In this document: in pieces, positions 1 through 11,935 of the stretch
Layout: each line of letters opens with the position of its first letter
How positions within the stretch are numbered: the first letter of the stretch is position 1
NCBI GenBank assembly: GCA_951406725.2
Contig: OX597817.1
Span: 173,352,001 to 173,416,000 of the forward strand
Direction of reading: 5' to 3'
Source of the DNA: Octopus vulgaris
Lineage: Eukaryota
DNA: 64,000 nt
Notes under the pieces: model-generated
Seen by the model: the letters and a program-made list of their open reading frames with translations, nothing else
The model's database searches: none
Told to the model about the DNA's origin: nothing
Made by a program: the position numbers and the translations under genes

Positions 1-479
1 CTCCTGTCTGCTAGTTGGCGTGTGGTGTGAGAGATGACTAGATCATGTCTTTATGGTCTGACATCTTAGGAAGAAAAGAGAAAGTCATAAGGCCTTGTAT
101 CAGAATCTTACACTCTAGAGCCATCTAGTGAGCTTGTTTAAACCCACTGTCAAGGGAGGTAACTGCACCTACAAGTTTGACGCTCAGGAGGAACAGAAAA
201 GTCTTTGATGTATTGAGCCTATGTTCTTCGACAGAGAGGAAAACAATGGAGAGAGAGAGAAAAAAGAAAACAGAGAGAGAGAGAAAAAAATGTGTAGGGA
301 TTAAGGCTTCAACATGATGAAATGACTGGAAGGAAGAGGCTGAATGGCAGGGAGATAATAGCGGTGACGCTGCTGAGCTTTTGTTTTGCAAGAATCTTGA
401 TGTGAAATCATGTGTTAAAACAGTTATTGCTATACTTAGGGATAATCATATTTTGCCAATTAAATACATGCTTTATATG

Positions 480-765
480 TTTGGTCATTACTTCAGCTTT
501 ATTATTACAATTTTTTCTGTGTAAAAGTTCTTTCATCACGCCTCCTGTGACCTCTTCAATGACTCTTAATTTCACGTGTCTCCTCTTTGAGACATGCGGG
601 ATAGAGAGTTGCTGAAGAGGTCACACAGTGTGTGGCAAAAGAGCTTTAACAAAGAAACAAAAGAAAACCGCTATCAGATCTAAAAGGTTCTTAAATAAAC
701 TGAAAAATCCAGCAGAAGAAGATTTGATTTAGTTTTTCTCAAATGAGGAAAACTTTGACCAAGTT
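480..765. repeat. Fold-back (palindromic) MITE-like element
   Basis: tgtgacctcttca (546-558) pairs with tgaagaggtcaca (613-625); central tgtctc/gagaca stem; weaker outer arms. Confidence 0.6.
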
Positions 766-851
766 CAAAAAGTTAACAGAAGAAATGACAGATGATTAAG
801 TGCAAACCCTTCTGAAGGTCCATAAATCTTTCCTCAAATATCTTATGCACC

Positions 852-854
<3 letters not shown>

Positions 855-926
<72 letters not shown>

Positions 927-965
927 CATATATATATATATGTGTGTGTGTACATAGATATATAT
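855..965. repeat. Compound microsatellite (TA)n(GA)n(TA)n(TG)n
   Basis: Directly visible; abuts a Tc1/mariner-like end (CAGGGTG on the minus strand, ~848-854). Confidence 0.95.
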
Positions 966-1748
966 GATGAACTCTCCAATTGAAGATGACATATGACCAA
1001 TCAGTTTTGTGCCGAACAACCTGAACAACAAATGCTATGTTTATGGTGATCAAATGTATGTGCTGCACATTAGCTCACCCTCTCCACCAAATCGATGTTG
1101 TCTGGACAGGTGCACAGTGTACCATGCATCAGGTGTTGAAGTGATTGCAGAAAATTCATATATTTTTGCTGTTGATGAAATTTTAATTTATTGTTAAAAT
1201 TTCATCAACATTAGACACAAATGAAGTAATATTTCTAAAATTTCATCTTCTTACAAGTTAGAAAGACCCCTTCATAGGGATTTAACACCCACAATCTAGT
1301 CATTTTATCTAAGCAATGATAAATACAGTTGTACTCTTGGAAGCTGTAGGGTCACCCGAGCATAAAAGATGAGCATTATTTGTAATTCAATGGTACAACA
1401 GTGTAAGAGTTTGTTTTGAGATGTACTTAGATTGTGATTTCTGCAATGTGGTGCATAAATTGTCAAGTAAATGAGAGGCATCTTTGCCTCCACTGATTCA
1501 GTTGCAAATGTTGAGTAAAGTTATTTGGTTGCAGACCTCCTTTGAGTCTTTTTATTATCACTGGGTCACACATAGTCTCCAGATGGTAACATTGATTTCA
1601 AGGCCTTCCATGATGACTGACTGGTTATTCAAAGACATTTATAGATTGTAAATTTATTCTGTCCAGTTACCGATCAGTATAGTGATCATTTGCAAACTCC
1701 AGAGGTGACACTTTCATTTCGCCTTAGCCCTCATGTCACACAGTTCAA

Positions 1749-1784
<36 letters not shown>

Positions 1785-2627
1785 TAGGTTTGGAAGCAAA
1801 CTTCTTATCACAAAGCCACATTTTTTTTCCCTATCATGAATAGCAACAGTTACTTATAAGTTTCACCTCTTGAAATTTTCAGAGTGTGACAAGAACAAAG
1901 GATTTGCTAATAATAGGGTGAGAATGGGAGGGGCTAAATACTTACACAGGCTGCTGGAAGGGTGTTACCAGAAGGTGGGAATGGTGAAGAGAGCAGAAGG
2001 AGACAGGGTGGTGGGGTGGGGGAATGTTACCTTCAGTCAGTCAGTTAAGAAAGCATGTTTGAAGCAGAAAAATGGGTAGGCGGCTTTGTGTGTGTGCATG
2101 TATGTGTGAGAGAGAGAGAGAGAGTGTGTGCGCATGTGCGTTTGTGTGTGTGTGTAAATGAATGTTGCTTTGACAAGTGTATACAGGTATGTGTAGTTGT
2201 ATTGGGTATTTTAGATCTGGAGAATTAAGTTGAAGAGAAGAATTAGGTACAATATGCCAAAGATTTAACTCCTTTACTACCAACCCACCTCTGATTGCTT
2301 GATACAAATTTTCTATTTTAAATATTCTAGATTAAAACCTTCCACTAATATTTCATTGCTCATTTATGTTCCAAACACCAGCTTAAAAATGCCAAAGTTA
2401 TTTTGCCAAAGACTTCATTATTTTCAAAATAAATTGGAAACAAAAGCAGAGTAGTTTAATGCAGATATGGTATTATAATCGTTAAGAAGTGCTAAATGGA
2501 GAAGAGGAATGGAAAAAATGAAGGAAAGAAGCAGAAAGATTTTGTGTTCTTTCAGCTTAGGGAATAAATGAGAGGGATTTTGATAAAATAACTTTGTGTC
2601 AAATCTAGCCATGTCCACGCACACATG

Positions 2628-2667
<40 letters not shown>

Positions 2668-2674
<7 letters not shown>

Positions 2675-2925
2675 AAATAAATGCACCCTTTTAAAGCCTA
2701 GCCAGGCTCATGGGCCTGGTTTCCTGGTTTCAATGGCGTATCTGTTCCCCAGCTGGATGGGAAGCCAGTCCATCGCAGTGTTACTCATTTTTGCCAGCTG
2801 AGTGGACTGGAGCAATGTGAAATGAAGTGTTTTGCTCAAGAACACAACGCGTTGACCGGTCCAGGAATCAAAACCACAATCTTACGATCATGATGCTGAC
2901 ACCCTAACCACTAAGCCATGCACCG
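2668..2925 (-). mobile_element. tRNA-derived SINE (family A)
   Basis: Minus strand has box A-like TGGCTTAGTGG, degenerate box B GTTTTGATTCC, core GTCCACTCAGCTGGCAAAAATGAGTAA and a (TTTA)n tail; near-identical copy at 9118-9374. Confidence 0.8.
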
Positions 2926-2937
2926 CCACACACACAC

Positions 2938-5900
2938 ATCATCATCATCATCATCGTTTAACGTCCGTTTTCCGTGCTAGCACGGGTTGGACGGTTCGAC
3001 CGGGGTCTGGGAAGCCAGGGCTGCACCAGGCTCCAGTCTGATCTGGCAGTGTTTCTACAGCTGGATGCCCTTCCTAACACCAACCACTCTGCGAGTGTAG
3101 TGGGTGCTTTTTACGTGCCACCTGCACAGGTGCCGGGGGGGGGTCTGGCATCGGCCACGATCGGTTGGTGCTTTTAACGTGCCACCGGCAGGAAGCCAGC
3201 CAAGGCGGCGCTGGCATCGGCCACGTTCGGATGATGCTTTTTATGTGCCACCGGCACAGGTATCACAACTACTATTTCCATTGATATTTGTTTTGATGTT
3301 CGTGTACATGCACTTGACTCAACAGGTCTCCTCAAGCACAGCGAGACGTTCCGGGTTCCAAGGTACTTTGAATGGGCAGGGGCTATGCGGAACTGGAGCA
3401 TCCCGGGTCTTTGTAGTCACAGCACATCTCCAGAAATCTCGGTCCTTCACCATTGCCTCAGTGAGGCCCAACGCTCTGAGGTCATGCTTGACTACCTCAT
3501 CCCATGTCTTCCTGGGTCTACCTCTCCCCCTGATTCCTTCAACTGTTTGGGAGCGGCACTTCTTCACACATCTCTCCTCATCCATCCGCAGTATATGACC
3601 ATACCATCGCAAGCGTCACTCTTGCACACCGCATCTGATGCTTCTTATGTCCAGCATTTCTCTCAGGGTGCTTACACTCTGTCGTGCGTGCACACTGACA
3701 TTACACATCCAGCAGATCATGCTAGCTTCATTTCTTTTAAGTCTACGCATGTCCTCTGCAGTCACGGCCCACGTTTCACTGCCGTGAAGCATGGCAGTTC
3801 GCACACATGCATCATACAACCTACCTTTCACTCTGAGTGAGAGACCCTTTGTCGCCAGTAGGGGTAGGAGCTTTCTAAACTTTGTCCAGGCTATTCGTAT
3901 TCTAGTGGTGACACTCTCTGAGCATCCACCTCCACTACTAACTTGGTCACCCAGGTAGCGGAAACTATCAACTACTTCTAGTTTCTCCCCCTGGAGTGTG
4001 ATGGAATCTGTTTTCTGAGTATTTGTGGTGTCTATTGTCCCTGTGCATCTGCTGCACATGAAAGCTATCTTATCAGTTAATTTCCCTTTGATGTTGCTGC
4101 ACCTCTTATGCGTCCATAGCTTACACTGGGTGCATCTTATGGAGTTTCTACCTACACCTTTCCTACAGATCGAGCAGGGCCACCTGCCCGATGGGGTGTG
4201 TGCTGAGTTCACCTTTCTACTTACTATAACTTTGGTCTTCGCTACATTTACTCTAAGGCCCTTTGATTCTAACCCTTGTTTCCACACCCGAAATTTCTTT
4301 TCTAGTTCCGGTAGTGATTCTGCTATGAGAGCCAGGTCATCAGCATAGAGGAGCTCCCAGGGGCAACCTGTTTTGAATTCCTCTGTTATTGCCTGGAGGA
4401 CTATGATGAATAAAAGGGGACTGAGGGCTGAGCCTTGGTGTACACCTACTTCTACCCGGAATTCTTCACTATATTCGTTGCCAATCCTAACCTTGCTGAC
4501 AGCCTCTCTGTATAGAGCTTGTACAGCCCTTATTAGCCATTTGTCAATCTCCAGTTTCCGCATCGACCACCAGATAAGGGATCGGGGAACCCTGTCAAAG
4601 GCTTTCTCCAAGTCCACAAAAGCTATGTAGAGGGGTTTATCTTTAGCTAGGTACTTCTCCTGCAGTTGTCGGACCAGGAATATAGCATCAGTGGTGCTTC
4701 TACCCAGCACAAAACCGAACTGCATCTCATCTAAGCAAATCCTCTCCCTAATGAGATGGGTTATGACCCTCTCTGTGACCTTCATCACCTGATCCAACAG
4801 TTTAATACCCCTGTAGTTATTTCTATCTAGAGCATCACCCTTACCCTTGTAGCAGTTGACTATGGTGCTGCTACGCCAGTTATTGGGTATGACTCCATTA
4901 TGAACTACCTGGTTTACAATGCGGGTGACTAGGGCATAGCCCACATAGCCAGCTGTTTTAAGCATCTCAGCAGTGATACCTGATGGGCCGGGGGCTTTAC
5001 CTGGTTTCATACCCTTAATTGCCTTAACTACAAGGGAGCTGTCTATTTGGATAGCTGGTCCCTCTACTGGGTCAACATTTGGCAGGCTCTCCTCCTCCCA
5101 TTCATTCTCCACATTCAGCAGTCTTTCATAATGGCTTCTCCAAGCCTCTTTCTTTTCACCAACATTAAAAGCAAGTGCCCCATCATCCATGCAGACACAT
5201 TTCTCTCCTGTAACATCACTATTTTCTCTGACACACTGTCTAGCAATCCGAAATACCTCAGTTCTTTGGTCCTCACGTCGCTGGACATTGGCAAACTTCT
5301 TCTTTTCTGCTATATCTTTGGCTATGTATACCTGCCGCCCAGCCTCCCTTTTGGCTACTTGGTACGGTTCCCTGCTACTCCCATCCCTCCAGGCTCTCCA
5401 GGCCTGTTTCTTTGCACTAATGGCTTTGTCTACTGCACTATTCCACCACCACATAACTCTAGGTCTGGAAGGGACTTTGCACCATTCACAGACTTGGTCT
5501 GTGGCACTCAGCAAGCTGTCCCGTAGGAATTTCCAGCTACCTTCTATGTCCGACGTCTGTAGCTCCTCCTCCCTCTCATCAAATTTCTTGATGAGGATGT
5601 CCCTAAATCTCTGACCATGTGAAGGGTTCTTTAGCTTCCAAAGCCTTCTTTTCTGGATTGGTCTGCTTTTTGGAGTCCTTCTGGCCTCAAGCCTAAAGTC
5701 ACTAATGATTAGCCTATGCTGAGGGATACACTCTTCACCCGGGAGGGTCTTGGTATTTAACGTGACCCTGCATCCCGCTGTCTGGTGAGGATGAAGTCTA
5801 TTTGGCTAGCGGAGTCTCCTGACTGATAAGTTATAAGGTGGCAGTCAGGCTTCCTGAAGTTAGTGTTGCAGATTAAAAGGTTACATGCATCAGAGAATTC

Positions 5901-5950
5901 CAGTAGTCTAGTTCCCTCATCATTTCTGGTGCCAATACCATGGCCACCGT
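2938..5950 (-). mobile_element. 5'-truncated RTE-clade LINE (non-LTR retrotransposon)
   Basis: C-terminal part of an AP endonuclease (LLICNTNFRK..TY.SG..SQIDFIL, PQHR), RT motifs (YRGIKLL, QFGF, FVDLEKAFDRV, GVHQGSALSPLLF, LLYADD, FRYLG), RTE C-terminus (RLRWYGHILR, GRGRPRKTW), 3'UTR and (GAT)n tail at ~2938-2955. Confidence 0.95.
3319..5950 (-). pseudogene. Disrupted RTE ORF (endonuclease-reverse transcriptase)
   Basis: ORFs 5757-5966, 3616-5514 and 3319-3612 are pieces of one polyprotein, separated by a frameshift near 5760 and an in-frame TGA at 3616-3618. Confidence 0.9.
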
Positions 5951-6997
5951 GTATGCGTGCTTGCATGTGTATGTATGTATGTACGTGTGCATGTATGTGT
6001 GTATGTATGTATGTATGTATGAATGAATTTATTTATTTCACATGTGTTCTTTCTAAGCAAATGATTTGACCTGAGACAGTGAGTTGAAATTAAAACGATT
6101 GCTGCATGGAAGGCACACATGGAAGGCCATTCAGAAACACACAAAATCTGTTAATTTCACTGAAATATTCATTATTTGTTATATGATATTAAAATTCTCT
6201 CAGTGCAAACTGTAACCTGGTCACTGACAAGAACACGCACATTAATACATTTATGTGTATGTGTGTGTATCCATACACACACACACCTATGTGAAGGGGT
6301 ATGTGTGTGTGGGGTTCACATAGGTGTGTGTGTGTGTATCCATACACACACACACCTATGTGAAGGGGTATGTGTGTGTGTGGGGTTCACATGTATGCGC
6401 ATGTGGGCATGCACACACACACACTCTTCCTACATATTAGTTTAATTTAGGAGAACAGAAAGAGAAACCCTACAATTTAGAGGACAGGATATAAGAAGTG
6501 TAGGACGTTTGGGATGACTAAAATATGTAGGAAGAGAGATTACAGTACAGACAATAGAGTATGTACACATGGGTGTGTTTTTGAATATCAAATTGTATGA
6601 CATAGCATCATTATGCCAAGTATTTTTAAAGGAGCAATCATTAAACGAATGTTTGGTCACATCAGAAGTCTTTGGAAGGATTGGCTTCTGGCAATCATTT
6701 TTGAGAGATTTTTGATACTGAAAAAACTGTTGGATTTTTAATTTCATGTTTCTTCATGCACAAAACACACACACACATATATATTCGAAGTGAGGCAGCA
6801 AAGTTCATGGCTTTAAGGATAATGTAAAAGGCCTGACCTTTCAAGTTTTTTACAAGGCTTAGAAAAACTGAAGGACCACTGCAATAAGTGTGAGAAGGGA
6901 ATAAGTTCGATAAAATCATGACTAACTGACTGCCCCTTCTTTATTTTCTTTTACTCAAAGTCAGGAACTTTTCAGCACCCCCTCATGTGTGTGTATA

Positions 6998-7242
6998 CAT
7001 CATCATCATCATCATCATCATCGTTTAACGTCCGTTCTCCATGCTAGCATGGGTTGGACGGTTCGACCGGGGATCTGGGAAGTCAGGAGGCTGCACCAAG
7101 CTCCAGTCTGATCTGGCAATGTTTCTACAGCTGGATGCCCTTCCTAATGCCAACCACTCCGTGAGTGTAGTGGGTGCTTTTTATGTGCCACGGGAGGCTG
7201 GCAGCCGCCACGATCAGTTGGTGCTTTTTACGTGCCACCGAC
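6998..7242 (-). mobile_element. Short RTE 3'-end copy (5'-truncated LINE or RTE-tailed SINE)
   Basis: Closely matches 2938-3190: (cat)n cgtttaacgtccgtt..tccatgctagcatgggttggacggttcgaccgggg...ctggatgcccttcctaa. Confidence 0.85.
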
Positions 7243-7319
7243 ATTATACATATATATATATATATATGCATACACATACACACACATACATACATTTACA
7301 CATATATATATATGTGTGT

Positions 7320-7760
7320 ATCATCATCATCATTTAATGACTGTTTTCCATGCTAGCATGGGTTGGACCATTTGACAGGAGCTGGCAAGTCAGAGAGCTG
7401 CACGAGGCCCCACTTGTCTGTTTTAGCATGATTTCCATGACTTGATGCCCTTCCTAATGCCAACCACTCTACAGCATGTACTGGGTGCTTTTTATGGGGT
7501 GCCAGCATGGGAGCTCTTTACATGGCACTAGGACAGGTGCGTAGACATAGCACTGGCATGGACGTGTTTTATGTGGAACCGGTACAGATTCTTTTTATGT
7601 GACACTAGCATCGGTGCTTTGTATGTGACACTGGCATGAGTGCTTTCTTATGGTGCAGTGGCATGGGTGCCTTCTATATGGCACCAGCACGAATGATTTG
7701 TACATGGCACAAGCACCTGCGAGCTCGCAATACAAGGATCTCTCAGCTGAGAGGAGTGGA
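7320..7760 (-). mobile_element. Older RTE 3'-end copy with expanded internal ~26-bp repeats
   Basis: (cat)n tail and gatgcccttcctaatgccaaccac, followed by about nine degenerate GTGCTTTTAYRTGGCACTGGCAY units. Confidence 0.7.
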
Positions 7761-8094
7761 ACCAAGTGATTGGAGTATGATAGAGGCAACTCTCTTACTA
7801 TTGAGGAGGGGGGAGATAGTGGTGGTGGAGGAGGGGGGAGTGGAAGAAGAAGAAGAGGAGGAGGAGGAGGAGGAGGAGTTAAATATGAAAATGTACATAA
7901 AATATGACCTGAGTGGGTTTTATTGAAATAATGTTACTGAAATAATTTTATTGAAATAACTAGATCCAAATCTATGAGTTTAGCCAAACTTAAATGATTT
8001 AAAACTTATTGAGACAGCTTTTCTAAAACTGGACGCTCTTCCAGTCACTTGTTGCCAAGTAAGGTAATATTCCCACATGGAGGCATGTTTTTGC

Positions 8095-8306
8095 AAAGTA
8101 TTGGAATACTGAAGTTGCTGCTTGACTGCATGGTTTCTGGTTCAGTCCTGCTACTTGGCACCTTGAGCTAATACCTTTTATATAGCTGCAAACTGACCAA
8201 AGTCTTGTGAGTGGATTTGGTGGATGGAAACTGAAAGAAGCCCATTGTATATATCTGTGTGTGTGTGTGTGAATGTGATTTGCCTGTCTGTATGTGTGTG
8301 TGTTCA

Positions 8307-8340
<34 letters not shown>

Positions 8341-8808
8341 TTCTGGCATCGTATGACTGTTGTAAGGAAGCATCCCTGTCATACAATCAATGTCTTTGTT
8401 TCCAGTCCTCCATGAAAACATGCCTGGCTAGGGGGAAATGTTATCTTACTTGGAAACAGGTATGGTTTGGTGACAGGAAGGGCATCCTGTCATGGAAAAT
8501 TTGCCGTTAATAAATTCCATCTGACCCATGCAAGCATAGGAAAGAGAACATAAAAATGATGTTGATTTATGTGACATCTCGCGCTGGTGCCATGTAAAAT
8601 GCACACGTACCAGTGTCACATAAAAAGCACCCAGTACACTCATGGAGTGGTTGGCATTAGGAAGGGCAGGCAGCCATAGAAACCTAGCCAAAAGAGACAT
8701 TTTGGAGCCTGGACAGATCTCCAACTCGCCAGATCCTGTCAAAGTGTCCAACCCATGCCAGCATGGAAAACAGATGTTAAATGATGATGATGATGATGAT
8801 GATGATGA
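8095..8808 (+). mobile_element. Composite tRNA-derived SINE (family B) ending in an RTE-type 3' tail
   Basis: Head with ggttcagtcc box B and ttgtgagtggatttggt..ggaaactgaaagaagccc body, internal (TG)n, then an RTE-like 3' end (gagtggttggcattaggaagggca...ccaacccatgccagcatggaaaacagatgttaaa) and (GAT)n. Confidence 0.75.
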
Positions 8809-9117
8809 CTTCCTGAACAATCAAAATAAAAGGTAATTTCCTTTAGTCGTTATATCAAAATAAGTTAGAAAGATGTGTATTTTACCAGATGCCTGAAAAC
8901 CAATAATGTCTGATAACCACTTAGCAATCTAAGCAACTGACTGCTGTTCTTCTTCAAACAAACCACAAACTCATGCAATCAATTTGCTTTTAAGAATGCA
9001 TTCTTTGTATCAACTATTGGAGGAATTTTCTTGACCCTATCAGTCTTTAAAGAATGACAAAAATTTTCATATTAACCAACTGAATTTCTGATGAAAATGA
9101 TTTTAACCCTTTTTTTA

Positions 9118-9374
9118 ATTATTTTTTGCACCCTTTTAAAGCCTAGCCAGGCTCATGGGCCTGGTTTCCCAGTTTCTATGGCGTATATGTTCCCCAGCTG
9201 GACGGGTCGCCAGTCCATCACAGCGTTACTCATTTCTGCTAGCTGAGTGGACTGGAGCAAGCTGAAATGAAGTGTTTTGCTCAAGAACACAACGCGTCGC
9301 CCGGTCCAGGAATCAAGACCACAATCTTACAATCATGATGCTAACACCCTAACCACTAAGTCACGTGCCTCCAC
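9118..9374 (-). mobile_element. tRNA-derived SINE (family A), second copy
   Basis: Aligns end to end with 2668-2925 (gcacccttttaaagcctagccaggctcatgggcctggtttcc...accctaaccactaag). Confidence 0.8.
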
Positions 9375-9949
9375 CATTTATAACCCTTAGATGACCAAAT
9401 TCTGAGAAAATACATTAATCATCATCAGCCTCATCATCCACAACATCATCACAATTTCATGTCCATTTTCCATTTCGGATGGTTTGACAGGAACTGGTGA
9501 GTCACAAGACTGCATCAAACACCAATGTCTGCTTTGGCATGGTTTCTGTGGCTGAATGCACTTCCTAATGCCAACCACTTTACTGAGTGTACTGGGTGCT
9601 TTTCGTGTTTTTAATTTAGGCTTCTTTAAAACAGTAAGTTTGTATCAGAGAGTTAGTCAGGTTGGTGGTATCAATTATGTTATGCAGGGCACAAAGAAAT
9701 ATTGAAAACTGTACAATGTCTATAGAAAATCCATCGCATGATCTCAAGGATAAAGATACCAATGGCTAAATTGCACTTGACAATATTGAACAGTACACAC
9801 ACTTAACCGATTTGTTACTATATTTCTAGAGAAATACACTGCCATTTTTCAATTAATTTTGAAAATAATGAAGTATTTAGGAAAATAACTATCATTATTA
9901 AGCTGTGGTTTGGAAAATGACTTGATTTGATATTTTGATGGAAGGAGAC

Positions 9950-10324
9950 CTATTGAGTCAAGTACATCAACATCAAAATAAAAATCAAATGGAAATTGTA
10001 GATGTGATACCCATGCTGGTGGCAAGTAAAAGACACCATCCGAACATGGCCAATGCCAGCGCTGCCTTGACTGGCATCTGTGCCGGTGGCACGTAAGAAG
10101 CACCAACTGATTGTGGACTTGCCAGCCTCCTCTGGCCCCTGTGCCGGTGGCACGTAATAAGCACCTGCTACACTCACGGAGTGGTTGGCGTTAGGAAGGG
10201 CATCCAGCTGTAGAAACATTGCTAGATCAGACTGGAGCCTGGTGCAGCCTCCTGGCTTCCTAGACCCCGGTCAAACCATCCAACCCATGCTAACATGGAA
10301 AACAGACATTAAACGATGATGATG
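9950..10324 (+). mobile_element. RTE 3'UTR copy in opposite orientation
   Basis: Reverse complement aligns with 2940-3330, from the ORF stop region to the (GAT)n tail. Confidence 0.85.
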
Positions 10325-10732
10325 TGGTGTTGGGTGGAGAAGATGGATGGATGACAATATTTCCTTCCTGTGCAAATTAATTACCGTATAATTAACATGT
10401 ATTCCTTAACTAGCACTCATAGTATAAGATCTTTTTTCTCTTATATATTTTGAAAATTCTTTTACTTTAAAATGACTCAATTGTTTACCGTACATTTAGC
10501 AGCTGAATTGGTATTCATTACAGTACTGTAATACACTAATCTTACTAACTTTATCCCCTTTATTTATGTATTTTAAGAAACTTCCTGTACAGAAAAAAAG
10601 TCACAATAATGCCATCTCAAGTGTCCCAAGTATGCTTTAGATTAGAAGAGTTTTAGTAGATATGCGTGTACAAACTCAGAGCTTACTGGACAACCAGTAG
10701 AGGTTAGCAGTTTACATCATGTCAGTTTTTTG

Positions 10733-11030
10733 CTGATGATCATCACCATTTAACGTCTGTTGTCCATGCTGGCATGGGTTGGACAGTGTGACCAAAGCTG
10801 GCAAGCTCAGGGGACTGCACAGACTCCAGTCCGATTTGGCATGTTTTCTATGGCTGGATGCCCTTCCTAATGCCAATATCTTTACAGTGCGCTGGGTGCT
10901 TTTACATGACACCACATGGGGGCTTATGGCACCACACGAGTGCTTTACACCACCAGAAGAATCAGTCTTAACATTTCTGCTGTGGGGTAAGGGTCTTCTT
11001 AAGTACGTCTGCCAGGTATCTCAATATCTG
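10733..11030 (-). mobile_element. RTE 3'-end copy
   Basis: catttaacgtctgttgtccatgctggcatgggttggac...ctggatgcccttcctaatgccaa. Confidence 0.75.
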
Positions 11031-11784
11031 TGATCTAAAACACATCTCAGATGGTTGCCGAGTTTGCTGTAAAAATAATACTGTTGGGTTTGGAACAATT
11101 CTTTATAAGCAGAAGCAGCAATAACAAAAACCTACAAATTCTTGTTTTCATTAAGATGCAGCGATAAACTCACAGGAAGAGCTGAGTTCACACTCCATTA
11201 ATATGGAGTTCAGACTCCACCTTAGTACATTAAAGATTTCAGTGCTGTCCCTATAATCCCATGATTCATGGAATTCACACTTAGCCATCAAATCTTACAG
11301 AGTGTCAGACAATATGTTTCCTTATTTATGTTAATTCATCATGGAATATATTTCATCTGGCTGAAAAACAAAAAAATTTCCACACATCTAACATAATGGA
11401 AATACCTAATTTTATTACTTGAATATTTTGATGCCTAAACTCTTTTTTCACTAACTTTCATGATTAGTCTAAAAAAAACTAAATACAAATCAAATGCAAT
11501 TTTCATTAAACATGAGATTGGTAACACATTCCTTCTATTTTATGAAAAGATAAATGGTAACTTTAGAACACTTTTACAAGAACTTATTAGCACAAGTACG
11601 AAGGTTTTCATACTGCTCAGAAATACTTCGTTTCTGAACGATAATTAGATGTAACCACTTACTTGAAAAATAGATAAGAGTTAATGACAATAAGTGAATC
11701 CAGCCATTAAAATCCTGCATTGAATTTATGCCCATCTAAGCCATACTCGCATGAAAAACAGACATTAAACAAAATGAATGAATG

Positions 11785-11935
11785 AACCACACAGCTATGT
11801 CAGCACCAAACACATTCACTTTGCAACAATGTGGCTCTAGGTTCAATCCTGCAGTGTGACACCTTATGTGTCTTCTTGACCAAACCTTGTGAGTGGAACT
11901 TGGTAAATGGAAACTGTATAGAAGCCTGTTTGTGT
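11785..11935 (+). mobile_element. SINE family B head fragment
   Basis: ggttcaatcctgcagtgtgacacctt...caaaccttgtgagtggaacttggtaaatggaaactg. Confidence 0.6.

Noticed and set aside
2860-2925. tRNA-like box A/B sequences
   Set aside because: They are SINE heads; no intact cloverleaf.
3104-5614. Plus-strand ORFs of 85-164 aa overlapping the LINE
   Set aside because: Antisense shadows of the RTE ORF.
7484-7720. CRISPR-like periodic array
   Set aside because: Eukaryotic DNA, degenerate head-to-tail units without unique spacers, no cas genes.
7636-7926. ORF with poly-Glu
   Set aside because: Arises from a (GAG/GAA)n microsatellite fused to RTE 3'UTR repeats.
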